The notes beneath the pieces were generated by a model. The model worked only from the letters and a program-made list of their open reading frames with translations. It ran no database searches and was not told the origin of the DNA. A stretch of 59,644 bases of DNA from a virus. The position numbers were made by a program, and so were the translations under genes. Below are positions 7,296 to 14,930 of this stretch, piece by piece (position 1 is the stretch's first letter; the number at the start of each line of letters is the position of its first letter). Where the stretch lies: positions 1-59,644 of the IMG/VR virus record IMGVR_UViG_3300045988_078497; one strand, written 5' to 3'.

Positions 7296-7904
7296 TTATT
7301 TATCCCCTTTCGATACAAAGATATTAGATTTCAAGATACAAACCGGGCGAACACCGCGGCCGAAGTCGTCGTAACAGTCGTAGTAGTAGATAAAGCCGGA
7401 CGGAGAAACAACGGACATGCTGTATTTCGCTCCTCTATCATCAGCAGACCACGGTGTGCATGTCCACCACCAATCATCAAGGCTTTTGTCGGCAAGCAAA
7501 TTGTTGTATTCTCTTGCTTCATCAAACGTAATAGGTCTTACTTTGCAACTGCAATTACAAAATTCGTGTTGCATATCAACGGATGTAAGTTCAACTTCGT
7601 GTTCCACAAGGTTTTGGGAACCGACTTCGGATTCAATAATCGGTTGAATTTCGTTTTCAATAACTTTTTTTAAATTCGACTTGTTGTAATCTCGTGTGTT
7701 TTCATCAAATACAACATCTTCTTTCATGAAGCCTTTTGAGATCACGGTTGTCGTATCGCAATCATGCTTCAGAACAAAAAAATCATGTTCTCCGATTTTA
7801 AACACATCACCCGGATTTAGTTCTGAAAGTCTGACCTTTTTTGCGTTTCCTGATTCTTCTAACTGTTTAACCAATTTTCTTGCAAGTTCTAATTCTTTAC
7901 TCAT
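7296..7904 (-). CDS. DGR variable target protein 2 (202 aa), paralog of target 1
   Basis: C-terminus DDWWWTCTPWSADDRGAKYSMSVVSPSGFIYYYDCYDDFGRGVRPVCIL carrying VR2. Confidence 0.85.
   Translation of the reverse strand: MSKELELARKLVKQLEESGNAKKVRLSELNPGDVFKIGEHDFFVLKHDCDTTTVISKGFMKEDVVFDENTRDYNKSNLKKVIENEIQPIIESEVGSQNLVEHEVELTSVDMQHEFCNCSCKVRPITFDEAREYNNLLADKSLDDWWWTCTPWSADDRGAKYSMSVVSPSGFIYYYDCYDDFGRGVRPVCILKSNIFVSKGDK
7335..7415 (-). repeat. DGR variable repeat VR2 (81 nt; 6-nt insertion relative to TR)
   Basis: Same flanks as VR1 (ccggacggagaaacaacgg / gggcgaacaccg, identical IMH); substitutions only at TR adenines, plus extra GGCCGC (Gly-Arg) before GGTGTTCGCCC. Confidence 0.85.
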
Positions 7905-8077
7905 TTTTTATTACCTCTCTTTTTTCGAAAATCTTTTTCGCAATATGAAAGTGTGCACATTCCTGGTGTTTTATAATTTAAATATCCTTTAGAATTATCG
8001 GCACTTTTCCATCTTTTGCATTTCATACATCTCGCGTCTGGTTGTTTTAAATTCCAGCCAATTCCAACACCTGCCAT
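7901..8077 (-). CDS. Small zinc-ribbon-like protein (58 aa), below the ORF-track cutoff
   Basis: MAGVGIGWNLKQPDARCMKCKRWKSADNSKGYLNYKTPGMCTLSYCEKDFRKKRGNKK; TAATG overlap with upstream stop and ATGA overlap with downstream start. Confidence 0.55.
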   Translation of the reverse strand: MAGVGIGWNLKQPDARCMKCKRWKSADNSKGYLNYKTPGMCTLSYCEKDFRKKRGNKK

Positions 8078-10002
8078 TATCCCTCCATTACGGACAATCT
8101 ACTGCTATCTGTTACTTCAAGCATGATTAACTGACATCCGGCAGATTTTGAAACACGTTCTTTATTGCAAACATCCAATGATTCAGAATCATCCAGAAAC
8201 ACAGGTACGGATAAATCATTGATTTTCTGAATCGAATTGCAAATATCAACCTTTCCGATGATCTGATTGCCTTTATTGCTCATGGTTGAAAGAATAGATT
8301 TTCCATCAACAGTAGGTATGCATACTGATTTGTAACCACCAGATTTATTCACTTCAAACAGCTGCCACTGAACGGTTTCAAAATGTTTGTTTATTTCGGC
8401 AGATAACTTCTGGTTTTTAGCCTTTTCCAGTTCACCAAGCAAATAAAGAATCTTTTCTGCATCTGATTTTTTTTGCTCCATATCAATTCTACGTTCACGT
8501 AGTTCTTCAAGACGCTGCTCGTCTGCGGATGTGTCGGACTTTGAAATCTGGCTTTCACATTCAGACAATTTTCTGCGTATCTCATTTTCTTCCAGCTTCA
8601 ATTGACCACGCATGTCATCAACTTTCATTGATTTCTGCAATTCTGCTTCTTTTGCATCAATCTCAGCAGACAGTTTTTTGTATTCATCTGTATCTGAAAT
8701 ATCTACAACTTTCGGAATGACATCTAACTGTTTGTTATATTCGTCCAGTTTTGAAAGCACTGAATTGAGCTTTTTCATATTCTCTTCTGCCACAGATTCA
8801 AGTTCTGCAAGAACCGGTTTCAATTTCTCAATCTCTTCTTTTAATGCAGTTCCTTTTGCTTCGATTTCACAAAGCCGTTTCTGCTTGCTTTCCGTAAACT
8901 CTGATACAAGACGTTTGATTTCTTCGTCTGGAAGATCTCTGTGACATGTCGGGCAAATGGTTGAATTATCATCGAATTTTTCATTGTTAACATCTACCCA
9001 CTTCCTTGCCAACAGTTCTCTGGCAGAATCTTTTTCACTGATCTCTGACTTAATCCGGTCAACAGCAACTCCATTTTTTCTGATTTCTTCATGGATAGAA
9101 TCTACAAATGCATTTGCATCATTGATTTTGTGCTGAACCTCACGGATTTTTTCTGTATTTTTGTCGTTTGCCTGTGCCTGTAAACCACTTAATTCGAACT
9201 TCAAATCCAAAACACCTTGTGCCTTGTCCTGTAAACCTTTTTCCAGTGCTTCTGCATCCGTCTGTTTCTTTATGTTGCCCTCCAACTGCTCAGACAGCGT
9301 GTTTTTCAGAAGTTCCAGTTCTGCCACGTCAACGTCAGATTTCAGCTGAATATCTCTCTGTTTTTCCTTGATCTGCCCGTCAATGACAGGCAGTTCCTTG
9401 TCGATTTTTGATTTTGTTGCCTTATTCATTGCTGTTAATTCATCAGCAGAATATTTTTCAAGAAAATCTGTAATCGCAGAAAGTTCAGCATTTTCTTTTG
9501 CTACGTCCAGATCATTGACATTTTCAACCAGTCCAAACAGATAACTTCTCATATCCGCTGTTTTCTGATTAAGAAATGCTCCCGGACTGCTGCACATTTT
9601 CAACAAATTCATATAGATCTCAAAATACTCATTAAATGCTTTGAGCGTCTTCGGAACTTCATTGATGAAATATGTGTTGTCATCTGAATATCCGACACCA
9701 TCTTTTTTGTATTTGCGTTTCTGGACCTTTCTGGCAGTCACTTCCTTACCATCAATATCCAATACGGCAGTAACCGAAACGTCCATGTCGTCTACTGACT
9801 TACCACCAACAACTCTTCGTACTGACGGATTATCCTTTAACTGGTAATTACATCCGAACATCAGCCATGTATAGGCTGTGGCAATAGTTGATTTACCGAT
9901 TCCGTTTCTACCGGCCACTACTGTTCTGTTGAAAAAATCAAACTCGGCATGTGGATATGCCATGAAGTTATCAACAATGAGTTTTCTCAATACAATTTTC
10001 AT
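8077..10002 (-). CDS. SbcC/Rad50/SMC-like AAA ATPase with coiled coil and CxxC hook
   Basis: Walker A GRNGIGKSTI, long heptad-rich middle, CPTCHRDLP zinc-hook-like motif, C-terminal VFLDDSESLD Walker B. Confidence 0.75.
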   Translation of the reverse strand: MKIVLRKLIVDNFMAYPHAEFDFFNRTVVAGRNGIGKSTIATAYTWLMFGCNYQLKDNPSVRRVVGGKSVDDMDVSVTAVLDIDGKEVTARKVQKRKYKKDGVGYSDDNTYFINEVPKTLKAFNEYFEIYMNLLKMCSSPGAFLNQKTADMRSYLFGLVENVNDLDVAKENAELSAITDFLEKYSADELTAMNKATKSKIDKELPVIDGQIKEKQRDIQLKSDVDVAELELLKNTLSEQLEGNIKKQTDAEALEKGLQDKAQGVLDLKFELSGLQAQANDKNTEKIREVQHKINDANAFVDSIHEEIRKNGVAVDRIKSEISEKDSARELLARKWVDVNNEKFDDNSTICPTCHRDLPDEEIKRLVSEFTESKQKRLCEIEAKGTALKEEIEKLKPVLAELESVAEENMKKLNSVLSKLDEYNKQLDVIPKVVDISDTDEYKKLSAEIDAKEAELQKSMKVDDMRGQLKLEENEIRRKLSECESQISKSDTSADEQRLEELRERRIDMEQKKSDAEKILYLLGELEKAKNQKLSAEINKHFETVQWQLFEVNKSGGYKSVCIPTVDGKSILSTMSNKGNQIIGKVDICNSIQKINDLSVPVFLDDSESLDVCNKERVSKSAGCQLIMLEVTDSSRLSVMEG

Positions 10003-10004
10003 TT

Positions 10005-10250
10005 TTATCCCCTTTCAACTAAAATATCTACACGAAGCATCGTGTCTAACACTTCTAACATGTGTTCTCTTGCTGTTTTTTCAAACAGGTCTAAGAAATC
10101 AACATTATCCATCTCATGCAAGCTAACGGCACTTCTCAATGCTGTCCGTGTTTCTGATGGCAGATCACCACGGCGAATGCTTGCTTCATATGAACCAAAA
10201 ATCTTTGATTTTTTGATTTCATCTCTAAGTTCTGTAAATGCTGTTCCCAT
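10005..10250 (-). CDS. Hypothetical protein (81 aa)
   Basis: ORF track; abuts ATPase gene. Confidence 0.45.
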   Translation of the reverse strand: MGTAFTELRDEIKKSKIFGSYEASIRRGDLPSETRTALRSAVSLHEMDNVDFLDLFEKTAREHMLEVLDTMLRVDILVERG

Positions 10251-10372
10251 TATTCGTCTGCACCTACAATCCCTGTGATTTTGCCATCTTCAATAACAAA
10301 CTCTTTTCCGAGCATGTTGTTAATAAACTGCAATTCAACAATCGGCATTTCGTTTGGGTCTGTAATAATCAT
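10250..10372 (-). CDS. Small hypothetical protein (40 aa)
   Basis: GGAGGAAAATACAG-ATG RBS/start; MIITDPNEMPIVELQFINNMLGKEFVIEDGKITGIVGADE; TAATG coupling to next gene. Confidence 0.4.
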   Translation of the reverse strand: MIITDPNEMPIVELQFINNMLGKEFVIEDGKITGIVGADE

Positions 10373-10542
10373 CTGTATTTTCCTCCTGCATATTTATCTA
10401 TCCGTCTGGATTTTCCGGTGGATTTATGTACTACAACCAGATAAAATTCTGTTTCTTTCTCAAGCATGTAGTTATCAGCTACAAGCCCCTGTGCTGAAAG
10501 AATTACTTTCTGTTCTCTGGTCAACCGTTTTGGCTGTTTCAT
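10369..10542 (-). CDS. Small phage protein (57 aa), DUF6906-like
   Basis: MKQPKRLTREQKVILSAQGLVADNYMLEKETEFYLVVVHKSTGKSRRIDKY; ATGA overlap with next ORF; pattern recalled from Firmicutes prophages. Confidence 0.5.
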   Translation of the reverse strand: MKQPKRLTREQKVILSAQGLVADNYMLEKETEFYLVVVHKSTGKSRRIDKYAGGKYR

Positions 10543-10595
10543 TTTCCTATCACTTCCTTTTGTGGTATAATCCTCTAAAAAGTGGAGGATTACTT

Positions 10596-10874
10596 ATGAA
10601 AAACAAATACTTTTCTATTAACGAACTTGACACACCTATTACTGAACTACCAAAAATCACACCGGAATACGAACCGGGTGAATCTCCAAGAGAATTATTA
10701 GAGAAGCAAATCGCAACTCTTGAGAAATCTCAAAAAGATATGGGGCAACTTTTGGAGCTTACTAAAAGTGAAACTAAGTCTGCAAAAAAATCTTCAAGAA
10801 CATCTTTTGTGTGCACAATCATTTCTATAAGTGTGTCTATTGCTGCTATAGTAGTACCCTTGCTATTGAAATAA
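10596..10874 (+). CDS. Small membrane-anchored protein (92 aa, C-terminal TM)
   Basis: GGAGG RBS then ATG 10596; MKNKYFSINELD...VCTIISISVSIAAIVVPLLLK. Confidence 0.5.
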   Translation: MKNKYFSINELDTPITELPKITPEYEPGESPRELLEKQIATLEKSQKDMGQLLELTKSETKSAKKSSRTSFVCTIISISVSIAAIVVPLLLK

Positions 10875-10977
10875 CAAAAGAAACAATGGATAAAACAAGA
10901 GCAGAGATGGACAACACTAATGTGAAATTCGAAAACCATTTCATGTTTTTTACCTCTTTCTTCCTTATTAAATGTAC

Positions 10978-11703
10978 CTACACAAGCCGTATCTGAGCGT
11001 TGGCATCCCTGATCTGTTCTTCCAACACTTTCGGAACCTCATAATCGTTGATGAGATTATGAGCATCATCAATCCATTTTCTCTTGATTGATTTATAAGA
11101 TGATACGCAACCGTACTCACGTTTTAACTGGCGGTATATATCTTTAAACACTGAACTTCTAATACTGCCATCTCTGTATGCTTCACTTGTCTTTCCACCA
11201 AGCACATTTACAACCTTGCGATTAACGTGATTTTTGATATCGTCAATCTCACATCCGTACAGTGGCATGTCATTTTTTAAACTGTCGATTTCTTCCTCAA
11301 CGTTTGTAACACGCTCATTCAGTTCCGTATTTCCAAGTGCCAGAAGTTTAATCTGCTCCGCTGTTGACATCGGTTTGCGATAACCACCTGTTTTGCGGAT
11401 GGTTGGGAGAACTTCTGATGTTACCCAGTGTTTGAATCTTTTTGCTGATTCAAGCTTGCTGCCGAAGATTAAAGCGTATAAGCCAGATTCGTTGATAATA
11501 TACATCTGTCTGTTCTGACCTGAGTCGGCAAAACACCGAGTCAGCTTATCTTCGTCTGCAACGTGTTTCTTTAGTGCATCTGATGTATCTTTATATCCAA
11601 GCGATACAGCCACATCTTTTCCAACGAAATATATTTCGTTATCAATAGTTACCGTTCGGATTTCACCGAACTCTTCTGAATTAAAAATCTGTAATTCGTT
11701 CAT
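10978..11703 (-). CDS. Anti-repressor, BRO-N domain family
   Basis: MNELQIFNSEEFGEIRTVTIDNEIYFVGKDVAVSLGYKDTSDALKKHV is a typical Bro-N N-terminus. Confidence 0.75.
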   Translation of the reverse strand: MNELQIFNSEEFGEIRTVTIDNEIYFVGKDVAVSLGYKDTSDALKKHVADEDKLTRCFADSGQNRQMYIINESGLYALIFGSKLESAKRFKHWVTSEVLPTIRKTGGYRKPMSTAEQIKLLALGNTELNERVTNVEEEIDSLKNDMPLYGCEIDDIKNHVNRKVVNVLGGKTSEAYRDGSIRSSVFKDIYRQLKREYGCVSSYKSIKRKWIDDAHNLINDYEVPKVLEEQIRDANAQIRLV

Positions 11704-11769
11704 TTGTTCTTCACCTACTTTCTGTGATATAATCTCCGTATCTTTACATAAGATAGGAGGTGATCTGTT

Positions 11770-11958
11770 ATGGATAACAAAGAATACGCATCTGCTTATG
11801 CCATTGCTAAAATTTGTGGTTATTCTGGCTCATTTGACGATTTCAAGAAACTGTACGACCAATACTATTCAGATATCATCAAATCTCTGCCAGAAGAAAA
11901 ACCAGAACCGGCAAGAGCAGAAGCTTGCAAACATCCATTTTCTTCTAGGAAATACTAG
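11770..11958 (+). CDS. Hypothetical protein (62 aa)
   Basis: ORF track; GGAGGTGA RBS upstream. Confidence 0.45.
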   Translation: MDNKEYASAYAIAKICGYSGSFDDFKKLYDQYYSDIIKSLPEEKPEPARAEACKHPFSSRKY

Positions 11959-12163
11959 GATTTAATTGCAATCAGCGCATTGGTGAGGGAGTTGAGAATC
12001 TTGAGTTCATTCTGGATTAGTTCGTATTTTGCTTCATTTTCTATGTCAAGTGCTACCGCAAGTGCGAACTGCTCAACTCTCTCTTGCAATGTCGTTTTTC
12101 TTTCGTCGCCCTCAATGTAATAAGGTCTCTTCAACTATCGTCACCGCCTTTAAAATTTGAAAT

Positions 12164-12316
12164 CTAATCTCCATGCTCTTTGCGTTCTTCATGCTTCTGA
12201 TCAGAAGCATCTGCCAGGCTTTCAACTTTCCCAAGAAAATATCCTTTGTCAAAATCCGACATGTTCGGAATTGCTTTTTTGATTTTCTCAACGATAGTTT
12301 TTTCTTTCTCACTCAT
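12164..12316 (-). CDS. Small hypothetical protein (50 aa)
   Basis: GAGGAAGTGAG RBS, ATG 12316; MSEKEKTIVEKIKKAIPNMSDFDKGYFLGKVESLADASDQKHEERKEHGD; preferred over alt-frame track ORF 12112..12312. Confidence 0.4.
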   Translation of the reverse strand: MSEKEKTIVEKIKKAIPNMSDFDKGYFLGKVESLADASDQKHEERKEHGD

Positions 12317-12381
12317 TTAACTCACTTCCTCTCTTTTATGGTATAATCTTCCTTATCAAAGTTATAAGGAGGTGATTTACC

Positions 12382-12567
12382 GTGATCTACAACGGATTCT
12401 GCGATAAGCAGAACAAAAATTATTCTGTTTCACTGGAAATGATTCCGGCTTCTTCATTAGAAGATGAAAAGCCAAAATTTATCCCCGGAAGATTGACTTG
12501 CAAATATGCAAGTTTTACAGGTTGCTGCCACGACCCAAATCAATGTTCCATTATAAAAAACAGATAA
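12382..12567 (+). CDS. Hypothetical protein (61 aa, GTG start)
   Basis: AAGGAGGTGA RBS 7 nt upstream. Confidence 0.45.
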   Translation: MIYNGFCDKQNKNYSVSLEMIPASSLEDEKPKFIPGRLTCKYASFTGCCHDPNQCSIIKNR

Positions 12568-12596
12568 TTTTTATTGGCTCTCTGAAACATGGGAGC

Positions 12597-12851
12597 CTAT
12601 CCGAAACTTGTCTCAAAGCCATCTTTGAACTTGATGCTTTCAATCTCACCGACTGTACTTTGATTTAACTTCAACATTTTTAAATCTGTTGATATGTCAA
12701 ATGCATTTAAGTCCAAAGTTAACACAGGTGCTTCTCCTGCTTTCTGTTTCAATTCGTAGTTTCTCACACCATCAATTTTGTGACCGTCAATGAGAATTTC
12801 AGTAAAAATTCCTTTTTCGTCATTGACCTGTCTAATATCGACTTTTGCCAT
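12597..12851 (-). CDS. Hypothetical protein (84 aa)
   Basis: ORF track; first gene after cro-like regulator. Confidence 0.5.
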   Translation of the reverse strand: MAKVDIRQVNDEKGIFTEILIDGHKIDGVRNYELKQKAGEAPVLTLDLNAFDISTDLKMLKLNQSTVGEIESIKFKDGFETSFG

Positions 12852-12881
12852 TTTTTATCACCACCTTTTCTAAAATTCAAT

Positions 12882-13094
12882 TTAATTGGATTTGTCTGGC
12901 ACAAAAATAAAATCCATCGGAATACCAGATAAAAGGCTCATTTCTCTAAGTTGTGACAAGCTAGGTTCTGTATTACCTTTTTCCCAATTAACTACGGTAG
13001 CATTTGAAACACCCAGTTTTTTAGCCCATTCTTTCTGATTCATTCTTGCATTAACTCTTACTGCTTCTAATGAAATCTTCGGCATTTTATTCAT
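12882..13094 (-). CDS. Cro-like XRE-family HTH regulator
   Basis: MNQKEWAKKLGVSNATVVNWEKGNTEPSLSQL HTH_3 pattern; divergent from cI-like gene. Confidence 0.8.
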   Translation of the reverse strand: MNKMPKISLEAVRVNARMNQKEWAKKLGVSNATVVNWEKGNTEPSLSQLREMSLLSGIPMDFIFVPDKSN

Positions 13095-13116
13095 CTCCTT
13101 TCTTGTTTATGCCATA

Positions 13117-13145
13117 ATTATAATTCAATCAGATTGGATTGTCAA
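13117..13145 (-). promoter_or_regulatory. Early (cro-side) sigma70-type promoter: TTGACA-17 nt-TATAAT
   Basis: Minus strand gtgTTGACAatccaatctgattgaatTATAATtatgg read directly. Confidence 0.7.
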
Positions 13146-13149
13146 CACC

Positions 13150-13184
13150 AAAATTCAAAAATATTGAATTTTATATTGAATTTT
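13150..13184. promoter_or_regulatory. Operator cluster: palindrome AAAATTCAA-N5-TTGAATTTT overlapping two tandem ATATTGAATTTT 12-mers
   Basis: 13150-13172 palindrome; direct repeats 13161-13172 and 13173-13184; lies between the two divergent -35 boxes. Confidence 0.65.
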
Positions 13185-13204
13185 TTATTTATATGGTTTA
13201 TAAT
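13176..13204 (+). promoter_or_regulatory. Repressor-side promoter: TTGAAT-17 nt-TATAAT
   Basis: TTGAAT 13176-13181, TATAAT 13199-13204, 26 nt upstream of cI-like ATG with AAAGGAGGGG RBS. Confidence 0.65.
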
Positions 13205-13230
13205 CAAACCATGAAAGGAGGGGACTTAAA

Positions 13231-13599
13231 ATGACAGATGAAGAGCAGAAAAAAATATTTTCCAGGAATTTAAACAAATACATAGCTCTTAATCAAAAGC
13301 AACAGATTGATGTTGCGAAAGATTTAGATATTAGCCCCACAACATTAAATATGTGGTGCAAAGGAAATTCAATGCCGGGTACTGGGAAAATAAGAAAACT
13401 CGCAGATTATTTTAGAATTGGAATGTCTGATCTGACTGATGAAAAGGAAAACACTGATACAGACATTGAATATTCTGATATAGTAATGAATATCGGTTTG
13501 TCTGACAAAAGATTCAAAAAAATAATTATTGAATATAGTAAACTTCCGGCAGATAAAAAAGAAGTTTTATGCGATTTTTTTGAAAAATTTATCATTTAA
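13231..13599 (+). CDS. CI-like XRE-family HTH repressor
   Basis: FSRNLNKYIALNQKQQIDVAKDLDISPTTLNMWCKGNSMP HTH; divergent to cro-like gene. Confidence 0.8.
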   Translation: MTDEEQKKIFSRNLNKYIALNQKQQIDVAKDLDISPTTLNMWCKGNSMPGTGKIRKLADYFRIGMSDLTDEKENTDTDIEYSDIVMNIGLSDKRFKKIIIEYSKLPADKKEVLCDFFEKFII

Positions 13600-13604
13600 A
13601 AAAG

Positions 13605-13629
13605 GCAGGGATTCATTTCCCTGCTTTTT
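13605..13629 (+). terminator. Rho-independent terminator after cI-like gene
   Basis: gcaggga-ttcatt-tccctgc stem-loop followed by TTTTT. Confidence 0.7.
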
Positions 13630-13741
13630 CTTCTTTATAACCTCTTCTGACAAATCCCCATATCATTTTTAATATTCTTATATTTTCAATGCTTTCAACC
13701 ATTTCAACGATTTGTCTTTTACATGATTCTTTTTCATCCAC
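13613..13741 (-). CDS. Small hypothetical protein (42 aa, GTG start)
   Basis: AAGGGGGA RBS then GTG; VDEKESCKRQIVEMVESIENIRILKMIWGFVRRGYKEEKAGK; the 101-aa track ORF would span a terminator. Confidence 0.35.
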   Translation of the reverse strand: MDEKESCKRQIVEMVESIENIRILKMIWGFVRRGYKEEKAGK

Positions 13742-13878
13742 AGCAATTCCCCCTTTGAATCTTACTCTGAAATAATTATAGAACGTATGTTCGTTGATTT
13801 CAAGTATTGATTTTTGATATTTGCTAGTATAATATAGGTTATGCGAACAAATGAGGAAATTTTGTCGACAAGTTGGCA

Positions 13879-13910
13879 AAAGAAAAAGGTCGGAGATTAA
13901 TCTCCGACCT
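13879..13910 (-). terminator. Rho-independent terminator after zinc-ribbon gene
   Basis: 24-nt perfect palindrome aggtcggagatt/aatctccgacct followed on the minus strand by TTTTTCT. Confidence 0.75.
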
Positions 13911-13914
13911 TTCA

Positions 13915-14838
13915 TCAATCAAAAATATTTCCACAATCATCACACATGATTTTCTTTTCTAATACCGTTTTACTTTCCTTAATAACTCTTTCTTTCTTTT
14001 TCGCAAATGTAAATGGCTTAAAAGGATTCAAATTAGCTTTATATGATGTTTTTGTTTCCCCAGGAATAAATTTTTCCGATGTGAAATAGTGACAATTCTG
14101 GCTTCTGCATACAGGACAATAAATCTCTCTTTTTTCTCCAAGGATATATCTGTAAATTCCGTGAAAAGGCTCCTTTTCTTTTATCTCTTTATTTTCTATC
14201 GGCTTATCTCTTTTCACAATATCGTTTTCGTTCAGTGAAATATAATTTCTATGGAAATCATCAATATATGCTTGAAGTTCTTTACTTGGTTTCGTGCTGT
14301 ATGATGGTGTAAAAGGCTTTCCACGTTTCAAAAATTTTTCCTGCATTGGTATATCTTTCACATCACTTAATGGTCTGTCAACTTCATCATTGTATTTTCT
14401 GTTTGCATACAATTTATGATTGCACATGATATGTCTAAATTTTTTAAATCCTGCTATTCCGTCCGGATCCATTTCTGTCGCTATTACACCGCTAAAAAAC
14501 GCCTTGTTCTTATCAATAAAAGAAAATATGCAGTTATTTTTTTCTTCATCAATATTGCAATGTAAAAGAACAAAATTGTCTATTTCATCCTCAAATTCCC
14601 GATCATAAAATTTTACAGACACTATTCCTCTGTTTAACTTTATGAAAAAACCGTTTGAAAAAAATATTTCAAACTGCTCGATTTCGAGTAGTTTTTCTTT
14701 TTCCACTATTGATTCTTGCAACTCTTCATTTTTGCTTTTTTCAAACAAATATTCCTTTATTGGGAATCCACATCCAACACATATTTCTGATCTGTCTGAT
14801 ACTTCTTTTCCACATTCCGGGCATTTAATAAGTGCCAT
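13915..14838 (-). CDS. Zinc-ribbon domain protein (307 aa), moron between lysis and immunity regions
   Basis: AAGGGGGGAAA RBS, MALIKCPECGKEVSDRSEICVGCGFPI N-terminal zinc ribbon; CPVCRS..C and CDDCG at C-terminus. Confidence 0.65.
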   Translation of the reverse strand: MALIKCPECGKEVSDRSEICVGCGFPIKEYLFEKSKNEELQESIVEKEKLLEIEQFEIFFSNGFFIKLNRGIVSVKFYDREFEDEIDNFVLLHCNIDEEKNNCIFSFIDKNKAFFSGVIATEMDPDGIAGFKKFRHIMCNHKLYANRKYNDEVDRPLSDVKDIPMQEKFLKRGKPFTPSYSTKPSKELQAYIDDFHRNYISLNENDIVKRDKPIENKEIKEKEPFHGIYRYILGEKREIYCPVCRSQNCHYFTSEKFIPGETKTSYKANLNPFKPFTFAKKKERVIKESKTVLEKKIMCDDCGNIFD

Positions 14839-14930
14839 AACATTTCCCCCCTTTTGCAATTATATTGATAGTATAATTCACAATGGAAAAAATGGCAATA
14901 AAAAAAGAGGGGCAAACCGCCCCTCACTCG

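Larger units (their letters stand above)
5092..7904 (-). mobile_element. Diversity-generating retroelement cassette: target2 - target1 - avd - TR - RT
   Basis: RT with YMDD; 75-nt TR repeated at 3' ends of two upstream genes with adenine-specific mismatches; four-helix-bundle Avd-like ORF between VR and TR. Confidence 0.92.

Noticed and set aside
13613-13918. 101-aa ORF from the track
   Set aside because: It would have to be translated through a perfect 24-nt terminator palindrome. Only the last 42 codons have an RBS and start context.
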